Source: Gammaproteobacteria bacterium
GTDB taxonomy: Bacteria > Pseudomonadota > Gammaproteobacteria > UBA4575
Direction of reading: 5' to 3'
NCBI GenBank assembly: GCA_965215055.1
Contig: OZ244046.1
Span: 1,199,202 to 1,263,201, forward strand
Length of the DNA: 64,000 nucleotides
Below the pieces are notes generated by a model, which saw only the letters and a program-made list of their open reading frames with translations, had not been told where the DNA came from and did no database searches. The position numbers and the translations under genes are program-made. Each line of letters starts with the position of its first letter. Position 1 is the stretch's first letter. Positions 35,409 through 44,119 of the stretch are shown here, piece by piece.

Positions 35409-35816
35409 ATGGTTGGAAAATCAGTCCATAAACATAGCCCGCATGCTAAAGTCTACGGCTTCGAGCTAATTATCGATTTGAAGAATTGTAGTCCATCTCT
35501 TTTCAATCGTAAATCTCTCGACAATTACTTTAGTCAACTGTGTGATCTTATTTCAATGAAGAAGGCAGAGGTGTATTTCTGGGACGATGTTGGAGTAGCA
35601 CCAGAGGAACAACAGACCGCCCCGCATACAAAGGGGACCTCGGCAGTCTGCTTTATTTTGACGAGTTCGATAGTAATCCATACGCTCGATGTTTTGAGAA
35701 CCGTGTATGTCAATATTTTTTCTTGTAAAGTGTTCGATCCTAATATTGCGGTGGAATTTACTAGAGATTGGTTCAGCGGTGAGGTCCAAAATTCCACGTT
35801 TATCGAACGGCATTAG
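35409..35816 (+). CDS. SpeH/AdoMetDC-fold (pyruvoyl-dependent decarboxylase-like) small protein
   Basis: ~135 aa from the ATG at 35409 (the ORF track starts at 35352 and overlaps the previous gene). Aligns with class-1 bacterial/archaeal S-adenosylmethionine decarboxylase proenzymes. HAKVYGFELIIDLKNC matches the GRHVIAELWDC-type N-terminus. The conserved His (IVIHTL) and Cys (IFSCKV) are present. The usual E-S-H processing site is replaced by T-S-S. Confidence 0.6.
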   Translation: MVGKSVHKHSPHAKVYGFELIIDLKNCSPSLFNRKSLDNYFSQLCDLISMKKAEVYFWDDVGVAPEEQQTAPHTKGTSAVCFILTSSIVIHTLDVLRTVYVNIFSCKVFDPNIAVEFTRDWFSGEVQNSTFIERH

Positions 35817-35830
35817 TGAGGGGGATCCTA

Positions 35831-37189
35831 ATGATAATTAGAGAAAAATCGATGACCATCCCAGTTCCTTCTGATCGTCACAATCTTATAGAACATGTCC
35901 GAGCGAGCGCCAATTTCCAACTGAAGGCAGATGAAATCCCAGTGCGCTATGCAGTGACGGAATCAAATGAGACTCAATATGTCTGTGAGATCGGTGTTGT
36001 TGCCGATGCCAATGCCGAGATAATCAGGAAAGTGCCAGATCTTTTCACATTCCGGGCTAGGCATTTGGCAACATCGGCCAGTTTTAATGCCGTGTTATTG
36101 GTGCCTACTGGAATCGGGTCGGATATTGGTGGTCACGCAGGAGATGCGACCGCGGTCGCCCATCTTGTTGCAGAGAGTTGCGACACGCTCGTCTTGCATC
36201 CGAACGTGGTGAACGCATCTGACATAAATGAGTTACCCAGTAACGCTTTATATGTAGAAGGGAGTATAGTTACACGGCTTCTGATGGGAACGATAGGCTT
36301 AGTTCCAGTTCGATCAAATCGGGTCTTAGTGATACTGGATGAACACATGGATAGACACTTCGTAGACATGGCTGTCAACTCGGTAAGCTCTGCCCGAGCT
36401 ACTTACGGTTTAGATTGCCCTGAGGTGGTCTGTCTAAATCCCTCTATTCGCATGAGCGCCGAATACTCAGAATCGGGATGTGCTGTGGGTCGAGTCGAGA
36501 ACATCGAGCATTGCCTTCAGGTTCTTAGTGACTTGAAGGAGCAATACGATGCGGCAGCGTTATCGTCCGTTATAAGGGTTCCTCATGAGTTTCATTTGGA
36601 CTATTTCCATCAGCAAGGAGAGATGGTTAATCCTTGGGGGGGTGTGGAAGCCATGCTGACACATACCTTGTCGTCTTTTCTAAACGTGCCGAGTGCACAT
36701 TCGCCCATGTTCGAGTCAAGGAAGATAGAAAATCTGGAGGCTGGTCGGGTTGAGCCTCGAATGGCGGCGGAAGCAGTATCGCTTACCTTTTTGCAGTGTA
36801 TCCTGAAGGGGTTACAAAAAAGCCCCAGGATAATCGAGGACGAGTCGCTATTTCATCGGTCCGATGTGTTTTCTGCTGAAGATGTGTCGTGTCTAATTGT
36901 TCCTGATGGCTGCCTCGGGTTACCCACGATGGCGGCCCTTGAGCAAGGCATTCACGTGATCGCCGTTCGTGAGAATCGAAACTTGATGAAAAACGATCTA
37001 GCGAGATTACCTTGGCGAAAGGGGCAGCTTATCGTAGTACAGAATTACCTGGAAGCCGTGGGTGTAATGAACGCGCTTAAGGCGGGAGTCACTTTGGAAT
37101 CTGTTCGCCGCCCAATTTTAGACACAAGGGTAACTTCGAAGTCGACCAGTTTTTTGAGTGACAGTGCCCGTACAGATAGTTGTTCATAG
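35831..37189 (+). CDS. hypothetical ~452-aa soluble protein
   Basis: ATG at 35831 with a GAGGGGG RBS (the ORF track starts at an overlapping GTG at 35816). Carries a glycine-rich block LLVPTGIGSDIGGHAGDATAVAHL. No family I can name. Confidence 0.5.
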   Translation: MIIREKSMTIPVPSDRHNLIEHVRASANFQLKADEIPVRYAVTESNETQYVCEIGVVADANAEIIRKVPDLFTFRARHLATSASFNAVLLVPTGIGSDIGGHAGDATAVAHLVAESCDTLVLHPNVVNASDINELPSNALYVEGSIVTRLLMGTIGLVPVRSNRVLVILDEHMDRHFVDMAVNSVSSARATYGLDCPEVVCLNPSIRMSAEYSESGCAVGRVENIEHCLQVLSDLKEQYDAAALSSVIRVPHEFHLDYFHQQGEMVNPWGGVEAMLTHTLSSFLNVPSAHSPMFESRKIENLEAGRVEPRMAAEAVSLTFLQCILKGLQKSPRIIEDESLFHRSDVFSAEDVSCLIVPDGCLGLPTMAALEQGIHVIAVRENRNLMKNDLARLPWRKGQLIVVQNYLEAVGVMNALKAGVTLESVRRPILDTRVTSKSTSFLSDSARTDSCS

Positions 37190-37287
37190 AAATTTCTGAC
37201 CAAAATTTGGCACTTGTTGAGTCCGAGCAGAAAGTGCTCCGAATACAACCCAAATCCAATGCCAAAATGTTGGTCACTGTGAGGGGC

Positions 37288-37389
37288 TTTTACTCTGTGA
37301 GAGTGGTGTGATCCGACGGTTGCCAATACGATTCTGAGGAGATATTCAAGGCCTCCAACACGGTGGTATCGCCCGCTTCAATTATTGAC
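37288..37389. repeat. right copy of the ~100-bp imperfect direct repeat, immediately upstream of thiG
   Basis: See the left copy at 32359-32459. Confidence 0.7.
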
Positions 37390-37458
37390 TTTGGCATTCG
37401 ACATGGAATCTCCCAGCCTTACAGGCAGTGTGTTGATTTCTGGTAAACTGTAGGGGTT

Positions 37459-38286
37459 ATGCCTCCTATACCAGTACCAGAGTTTTTGACCGATCAGGAT
37501 GCGCAGGCCCATGATGTTCTTACCATTGCCGGCAAGCACTATACTTCGCGTCTGTTGGTAGGAACTGGCAAATACAAGGGTTTACCGGAAACACGTGCGG
37601 CGATTGTAGCGAGTAATGCCTCGATCGTAACGGTGGCACTGCGCAGGACTAATATCGGGCAGGAAAAAGGGAAACCCAACCTGCTTGACTTTATCCCACC
37701 GTCCGAGTTTACGATTTTACCCAATACTGCCGGTTGTTATTCTGCCAAAGACGCGGTGCGTACCTGTCTTTTGGGGCGTGAGTTGCTGGACGGGCAGGCG
37801 CTGGTAAAGTTGGAAGTGCTTGGTGACGAGAAAACGTTGTATCCAAACATCGTGGAGACAATAGCCGCCACCAAGACGTTAATGAAAGAAGGCTTTGAAA
37901 TCATGGTGTATACCAATGATGATCCTGTTATCGCCAAGCAACTGGAGGAAATGGGATGTGTGGCCGTAATGCCTCTGGCGGCACCGATCGGTTCCGGTCT
38001 TGGGATTCGTAATCCGTACAATATTCTTACTATCGTTGAAAATGCCAAGGTGCCGGTTCTGGTTGACGCCGGTGTTGGCACGGCCTCCGATGCGTCGATA
38101 GCAATGGAATTGGGCTGTGACGGAGTGTTGATGAATACCGCTATTGCACAAGCAAAGAACCCCCTGATGATGGCCACTGCAATGAAAAATGCGGTCGTGG
38201 CGGGTCGACAGGCGTTTCTTGCTGGGCGCATGCCGAAACGCCGCTATGCGTCGGCTTCGTCGCCCGTTGAGCATACCTTTTATTAA
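37459..38286 (+). CDS. thiG: thiazole synthase ThiG
   Basis: 275-aa TIM-barrel ThiG (…RLLVGTGKY…). AGGGGT RBS upstream. Confidence 0.9.
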   Translation: MPPIPVPEFLTDQDAQAHDVLTIAGKHYTSRLLVGTGKYKGLPETRAAIVASNASIVTVALRRTNIGQEKGKPNLLDFIPPSEFTILPNTAGCYSAKDAVRTCLLGRELLDGQALVKLEVLGDEKTLYPNIVETIAATKTLMKEGFEIMVYTNDDPVIAKQLEEMGCVAVMPLAAPIGSGLGIRNPYNILTIVENAKVPVLVDAGVGTASDASIAMELGCDGVLMNTAIAQAKNPLMMATAMKNAVVAGRQAFLAGRMPKRRYASASSPVEHTFY

Positions 38287-38307
38287 CGGCAGTAACGCAG
38301 GGCATAC

Positions 38308-38979
38308 TTGCAAAAACCTCATTCCGTTATTCGCAGTTTTGTTCGCCGCGAAAGACGATTTACAAAAGGTCAGCAGGCGGCATTAAAAAAATATTGGTAC
38401 ATCTACGGCATCGAGACCACGGACACGGTGCTTGACTTGCCGGACGTATTCGGCAATTCAATGCCGGTTATTCTCGACATAGGATTTGGCAATGGTGACG
38501 CATTGATATCGCTTGCGAGGCAGCATTCGCATTTGAATTTTCTGGGTGTCGAGGTGTATCGCCCAGGCATTGGATCTTTGTTGAGAAAGCTGGATGAATC
38601 CGGGCTTGAAAATGTACGCATTATCAACATGGACGTGGTCGACCTGCTGCGCGAACGTATCGCGGCAAAAAGCATTATCTCGACGTTGATCTGGTTTCCC
38701 GATCCATGGCCGAAGAAACGTCACCATAAAAGGCGCTTGATACAAACTGGGTTTGTACAACTCGTTGCCGAGAAACTCGTTGATGGTGGTGAACTATATA
38801 TTGTTACGGACTGGCAGCCCTATGCGATTCACGTGTGCGAAACGTTGAAGCAGTGTGAGCTTTTTCATGAAGTTGATACTTCCGAGGTCATTACAGATCG
38901 CCCGAAAACGAAATTTGAGCAGCGAGGTGAAAATTTAGGCCACCAGGTTTATGCCCGGATATATAAGAAAATGGGCTAG
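38308..38979 (+). CDS. trmB: tRNA (guanine46-N7)-methyltransferase TrmB
   Basis: 223 aa. IRSFVRRERRFTKGQQAALKKYW…LDIGFGNG matches the E. coli TrmB N-terminus and SAM motif. Confidence 0.85.
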   Translation: MQKPHSVIRSFVRRERRFTKGQQAALKKYWYIYGIETTDTVLDLPDVFGNSMPVILDIGFGNGDALISLARQHSHLNFLGVEVYRPGIGSLLRKLDESGLENVRIINMDVVDLLRERIAAKSIISTLIWFPDPWPKKRHHKRRLIQTGFVQLVAEKLVDGGELYIVTDWQPYAIHVCETLKQCELFHEVDTSEVITDRPKTKFEQRGENLGHQVYARIYKKMG

Positions 38980-40781
38980 GCTGTTACTGGTGGTTTATCG
39001 GCAAGCGTCAAGCGTTTTGCAGGGCACTCATGCTGCGTGGCGAGTGGGCACACCTCTTCTTCGCAATCGTTGATGTTTTGCCAGGCAAATTTAATTGCAT
39101 TCTCGTCAGACCGATAGAAATGATCGGCCCAGTCAGACCCCGCAAAACCGGTGCGCACAAACACGTCCATGACTTGCCGCTTGGTGCGTGCAAACACCAA
39201 CTCGATGCCCAGGGCGACAAGACGCAATGACAGTTGATGCAACATGTCTTCCCCGGTCGCGTCAATTTCCGTAATCGCTTCCGCGTCTATGATAATAAAT
39301 TTCAAATCGGGCTTAGCCGCGACACGTTCCAACACCTTTGTCTCGAAATAGGTGGCACTGGCAAAGAATAACGGCCCTTCGAAGCGCAGAATCGAAATTT
39401 TTGGGCAGATTTTAAGAATATTAACATGCGCATCGCGTATGCTGCCGTCTGCATGTCGTGACAACACCGAGATATGCGGGCGCATGGTCCGATACATGAA
39501 CAGGCCCAGTGATAGCAGCACGCCAATGAGTATGCTTTGTTCCAGATGTGGTGCCAGGAGCAGTGTCAATATGAAAGTGAGTACTGCGATAAAGCCGTCC
39601 TGTTTATGCACGCGAAACGCGTACTTTATTTGCTTGATTCTGATCAGGTTGATAACTGCGGATATGATCACGGCGGCCAAGGTTGCCTGGGGGAGGTAAT
39701 ACAGGTACTGGGCAAAATATAGTAGCAACAGCGACAACGCGACGGTCAATCCGGTGACTACCGCCGCAAATCCTGTTCTTGCTCCAGCGGACATATTCAC
39801 CGCCGAGCGTGAGAAGGACCCGGCAACCGGATATGCGCCGGACAGACCAGACATAATGTTTCCCAGGCCTTGTCCGACCAGGCCCTGGTTGGCGTCAATG
39901 CGTTGACGGGTTTCAACTGCAATGGCTTTGGCGACCGAGATAGCCTCCATGTAACCGACCACTGCAATTACAATGGCCTTGCCAATCAAGTCAAATGCAG
40001 TCAGCATGTCAAAATTCGGCAAGGAAATACGGGGAAGGCCCTCAGGCACTACCCCGACTACACTACCGCCCAGTGATTCGTACCCTATTAAAAAAGAAAC
40101 AAGACTGGTAACGACAACCGCTGTAAGCACGCTGGGAATTTTCGGCGTATACCGTTTCAGTCCAAAGATAATCACCAGGGCGGCAATGCCCATCGCCAGG
40201 GTTGGGAAGTGCGTACTTTGAGATGCTTCGATGAATACATTCCAGAGCGTAACGTAAAAATAATCGCCGACTTCGGCAGTAACTCCAAACAGTTTGGACA
40301 ATTGTGAAGCACCAATGATTATGGCTGCGGCATTGGTGAAGCCAACCACGACTGGATGAGATAAAAACTCCACTAGCACGCCAAGGCGCAACAGCCCCAA
40401 TGACATTTGAAAGATGCCGACGATAATGGCCAATACTGCCGCATAGACAAGATAACCTTCAGGATTTGTAGCCGCCAGTGGTTCCAATGCCGCCGCAGTC
40501 ATCAGGGAAACCACTGCAACCGGCCCTGTTTGCAGTTGGCGGGAAGAGCCGAAAAGTGATGCAAAAATTACCGGTAAAAACGACGCATAAAGACCGTAGT
40601 AAGCGGGCAAGCCTGCAAGTTGGGCGTATGCCATGGATTGCGGAATAAGCACCAGGGCTACGGTTAGCCCGGCGACGGCGTCTTTCCGTAAAATCTCAGG
40701 ATCTTTTAATTCGCCCAGCCAGTCCAGATACGGGATGAACCGGTGTACTACTTCACGAGTATATTGCCGTGCCGAGATCAA
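38976..40781 (-). CDS. SulP-family inorganic anion transporter with C-terminal STAS domain
   Basis: 601 aa. Polytopic SulP core with a C-terminal STAS-like domain. Confidence 0.85.
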   Translation of the reverse strand: MISARQYTREVVHRFIPYLDWLGELKDPEILRKDAVAGLTVALVLIPQSMAYAQLAGLPAYYGLYASFLPVIFASLFGSSRQLQTGPVAVVSLMTAAALEPLAATNPEGYLVYAAVLAIIVGIFQMSLGLLRLGVLVEFLSHPVVVGFTNAAAIIIGASQLSKLFGVTAEVGDYFYVTLWNVFIEASQSTHFPTLAMGIAALVIIFGLKRYTPKIPSVLTAVVVTSLVSFLIGYESLGGSVVGVVPEGLPRISLPNFDMLTAFDLIGKAIVIAVVGYMEAISVAKAIAVETRQRIDANQGLVGQGLGNIMSGLSGAYPVAGSFSRSAVNMSAGARTGFAAVVTGLTVALSLLLLYFAQYLYYLPQATLAAVIISAVINLIRIKQIKYAFRVHKQDGFIAVLTFILTLLLAPHLEQSILIGVLLSLGLFMYRTMRPHISVLSRHADGSIRDAHVNILKICPKISILRFEGPLFFASATYFETKVLERVAAKPDLKFIIIDAEAITEIDATGEDMLHQLSLRLVALGIELVFARTKRQVMDVFVRTGFAGSDWADHFYRSDENAIKFAWQNINDCEEEVCPLATQHECPAKRLTLADKPPVTA

Positions 40782-41170
40782 GCGTTCCTCCCGGTCAGGC
40801 TATACCATGACCATGGCCTGAACTGTATTGAAAAACCTGTTCATGTAAATTCGCTTTGACCTTCCCTTTGTGGCAGCAAACCGGCTTTTGCTACTACCCG
40901 CGTCAAGCCGACTTCAATAGCAAGCAGTAACACTCAGGTGGAGTTACATAAGGTTATCAGGTTATTTTAACATGTCCTCCTGCACCGTGAATGCAGTTTC
41001 AAATGATATTACGAATATTTTTCGAAGTTGAAAGCTGCTGTAAATTTCGTTTTGATTACGGAAACCGGTAAAGTAGTTGCCGAGGTGCGTAATAACGTGT
41101 GCCCATCATTGACACGGCTAAATACCCGCATCTCAAATTACAAACGGGGTACAAACGTTACTTTAGGAAT

Positions 41171-42292
41171 ATGGCTGAATCGTTTCAATTAGCGGCCGCT
41201 CATGGCCAATCCGCGCGCGAATTGGTAAATAACTGCCTGCGACAGCTTGGTAACGTGCGAGGAAAGTTTCAGTTGGGCTTTGTTTATGCCAGCGATACGC
41301 TCTGTAATGACCTGGAAGACATAATAGGCCGACTCAAGCAGGATACGGCCGTAAACAGTTGGATCGGAACAGTAGGCATCGGACTTTGCAGCACGGCAAT
41401 CGAATACTATGATGAAGCCGCATTGGTGGTAATGCTCGCGGATATTGACGCAAGTGACTTTACCATCGTCGGTGCAAGGGATTTGAGTGAAGAAAAACTA
41501 CTGGAGCAGGTTTCAGATTACTGCGAGGAAGAATCGTCTCACGTTGGTATTATCCATGGCGATCCCAGCAATCCTGCCACTCCTAACCTGATTGAAAAGA
41601 TTTCCGAGAGCGTTCCGACGGCGTACCTGGTCGGTGGTCTAACTTCATCGAATTCTCACAACCATCAAATCGCCAATAGAGTTATCAACGGCAGTATGTC
41701 TGGTGTTTTTTTCTCGCCGAGGGTGAACATAATCGTTGGTCATACGCAAGGCTGCACGCCACTGGATCAGCAGCATATTATCACCAGGGCCGAGCGCAAT
41801 TTGCTGATTGAACTGGATCATCGCCCTGCCCTTGACGTGTTTCGGGAAGACATTGGAGAAGTGTTGGCAAAAGATCTGTACAAGATAGCCGGATATATTT
41901 TTGCCGGATTGCCTATCGCACATTCCGATACGGGAGATTACCTGGTTAGAAACATCGTCGGTTTTGATGAGGGCGAGAAAATCATCGCGGTTGGCGATTA
42001 TCTGTATGAAGGCGCCAAATTCATGTTCTGTCGACGTGACGGCAATAGTGCCAGGGAAGACATGCTGCGCATGTTGCGTGCGATGAAATCGCGCATGTCT
42101 GCTCAACCTCGCGGCGGCGTGTATTACACCTGTCTGGGGAGAGGACGCTATCAGTTCGGTGAGAACTCCGAGGAACTTAAAATGATTCAGCAGGAATTGG
42201 GCGATTTTCCTCTGGCGGGGTTTTTTGCAAACGGAGAGATTTTTCATAATCGGCTGTACGGCTACACGGGAGTGCTTGCTCTCTTTACCTGA
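41171..42292 (+). CDS. FIST (N+C) domain-containing putative sensory protein
   Basis: ~373 aa from the ATG at 41171. Two-part FIST architecture. Low confidence in the family call. Confidence 0.5.
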   Translation: MAESFQLAAAHGQSARELVNNCLRQLGNVRGKFQLGFVYASDTLCNDLEDIIGRLKQDTAVNSWIGTVGIGLCSTAIEYYDEAALVVMLADIDASDFTIVGARDLSEEKLLEQVSDYCEEESSHVGIIHGDPSNPATPNLIEKISESVPTAYLVGGLTSSNSHNHQIANRVINGSMSGVFFSPRVNIIVGHTQGCTPLDQQHIITRAERNLLIELDHRPALDVFREDIGEVLAKDLYKIAGYIFAGLPIAHSDTGDYLVRNIVGFDEGEKIIAVGDYLYEGAKFMFCRRDGNSAREDMLRMLRAMKSRMSAQPRGGVYYTCLGRGRYQFGENSEELKMIQQELGDFPLAGFFANGEIFHNRLYGYTGVLALFT

Positions 42293-42303
42293 GTGTTTGG
42301 AAT

Positions 42304-43335
42304 ATGCAATTCAGCGAATTAGGTAATACCGGCTTGATGGTCAGTAAAATTTGTCTGGGCACGATGACCTATGGCGAGCAAAACAGGGAACCCGAAGCGC
42401 ACACCCAACTGGACTACGCCTTGGCACAAGGCGTGAATTTCATTGATACCGCGGAAATGTATCCGGTTCCACCACGACAGCAAACACAGGGGGCAACTGA
42501 ACAGTACGTGGGAAATTGGTTCAAGAAAATAGGCAAGCGTCATCAAGTCGTACTGGCCACCAAGGTTTCCGGGCCCGGCATGATGCCGTATTTGCGTGAC
42601 GGGCCGCAGCTTACCCCTGCACACATAAAAGCTGCTTTGGACGCGAGTCTGAAACGCCTGCAAACGGATTACGTTGATCTGTACCAAGTGCATTGGCCGG
42701 CCAGAAACACCAATTTTTTTGGCAAGCTTGGCTATCAACAGCAAGAGGATACCTCGACCTCGATAGAAGATACCTATGCGTGCCTGGTTGACGCGATGCA
42801 ACAGGGCAAGGTTCGCTATCTTGGTGTCAGTAATGAAACTCCCTGGGGAGTCATGCAATATCGACACCTTGCCCGCATAAACGCATGGCCGTCCATTGTC
42901 AGCGTGCAAAACCCTTACAGCTTGTTGAATCGGACCTATGAAATAGGGCTGGCGGAAATTTCTCATCGTGAAAGAGTAGGTCTACTTGCCTATTCACCAT
43001 TGGGGTTTGGAGTGCTGACGGGCAAATATCTGGATGGCAGCACACCGGCAAACGCGCGGTTGTCACTTTTTCAGAGGTTTGACCGGTACAGCAACAGGCA
43101 GGGAGTCGAGGCGACACGAGCGTACGTCGAACTGGCGCGGCAATATGGACATTCTCCGGCGGGTATGGCCCTGGCGTTTGTGAATTCCAGGCCATTTGTA
43201 ACTGCGAATATCATTGGTGCGACCAATCTGCAACAGTTAACCGAAGATATTGACAGCATTAATGTGACCCTGTCCGATGAACTGATTGAAAAGATAGAAG
43301 CGATACATCAGCGACAGCCTAATCCTTGCCCGTAG
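42304..43335 (+). CDS. aldo/keto reductase (NADP-dependent oxidoreductase, Tas-like)
   Basis: 343-aa AKR fold (…GVNFIDTAEMYP…, catalytic tetrad region). Confidence 0.85.
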   Translation: MQFSELGNTGLMVSKICLGTMTYGEQNREPEAHTQLDYALAQGVNFIDTAEMYPVPPRQQTQGATEQYVGNWFKKIGKRHQVVLATKVSGPGMMPYLRDGPQLTPAHIKAALDASLKRLQTDYVDLYQVHWPARNTNFFGKLGYQQQEDTSTSIEDTYACLVDAMQQGKVRYLGVSNETPWGVMQYRHLARINAWPSIVSVQNPYSLLNRTYEIGLAEISHRERVGLLAYSPLGFGVLTGKYLDGSTPANARLSLFQRFDRYSNRQGVEATRAYVELARQYGHSPAGMALAFVNSRPFVTANIIGATNLQQLTEDIDSINVTLSDELIEKIEAIHQRQPNPCP

Positions 43336-43395
43336 CAGTAGCCGCGAAAAATTTCACATCTTTATCGAACTCACCCCTGTACACGGGTTCATTAT

Positions 43396-44109
43396 TCAAA
43401 CAGCTTCCAGTTTATCGCACTGCTTGCTTATCCAGTCGAAAACCTCCTGGTTGATTTCAGTGGCGCTCTTGCCCTGGCTTTTAATTGGCGGGCCAATGAT
43501 CACTTTGATAGTACCCGGTTTTTTGGCCAGTTGTTTACGCGCCCAATAGCGTCCCGAGTTGTGCGCGACGGGCACAACCGGCGCACCTGATTCCAAGGCA
43601 AGCAGCGCACCACCAATTTTGAAGTTTCGCTTAACTCCGGGTGCGGTGCGCGTGCCTTCGGGAAAAATTATAATCCAACGCCCCGATTTCAGCTTTGCCT
43701 TGCCCTGTTCGACGAGTTGCTCGACGGCCTTGCGCCCTGCACCTCTATTAATGGCGATGGGGCGAGTAAGTGCCAGCCCCCAACCGAATACCGGGATCAG
43801 AAAAAGTTCTCTTTTTATCACCCAGGCCGAGGGTGGGAAAAGCGTACAGAAAGCTAATGTTTCCCAGGTAGATTGATGATTCGCCATGACAACGCAAGGG
43901 CAATCGGGAATGTTTTCCTGCCCCACTGTAACGTGCTTCAAATCACAGGTTACGTGTAACCACCACAGGTTGGCATTACACCATGACATGATGAGTTTAT
44001 AGCGTGTTTCATAACGGAAGATAACGGCAAAAAGGCAGAGAAAGCCGTAAACGAACGTGAGCATCGCCATGCCGAGCAGGTACAGCAACGAGCGAATAAT
44101 CTCCATCAT
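43396..44109 (-). CDS. plsC: 1-acyl-sn-glycerol-3-phosphate acyltransferase
   Basis: 237 aa with the acyltransferase motifs NHQSTWE (HX4D-type) and FPEGTR. Confidence 0.8.
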   Translation of the reverse strand: MMEIIRSLLYLLGMAMLTFVYGFLCLFAVIFRYETRYKLIMSWCNANLWWLHVTCDLKHVTVGQENIPDCPCVVMANHQSTWETLAFCTLFPPSAWVIKRELFLIPVFGWGLALTRPIAINRGAGRKAVEQLVEQGKAKLKSGRWIIIFPEGTRTAPGVKRNFKIGGALLALESGAPVVPVAHNSGRYWARKQLAKKPGTIKVIIGPPIKSQGKSATEINQEVFDWISKQCDKLEAV

Positions 44110-44119
44110 CGCAAAGTTG

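Larger units (their letters stand above)
32460..37287. mobile_element. inserted genomic islet (R-M unit plus three-gene module) between thiS and thiG, bounded by long imperfect direct repeats
   Basis: It interrupts the normally contiguous thiS-thiG pair. It is flanked by the ~100-bp direct repeats, and the R-M genes are markedly AT-rich by eye. No integrase or transposase is present. The layout resembles the 'insertion with long target duplication' described for R-M units. Confidence 0.55.

Noticed and set aside
32460-37287. Integrase or transposase-driven island (phage-like or IS-mediated)
   Set aside because: No tyrosine/serine recombinase, DDE transposase or IS inverted repeats are present in or beside the insert, hence the long-target-duplication hypothesis instead.
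37737-38322. Antisense ORFs 37737-38231 and 37879-38322 within thiG
   Set aside because: Same argument: embedded in thiG on the opposite strand with no motifs.
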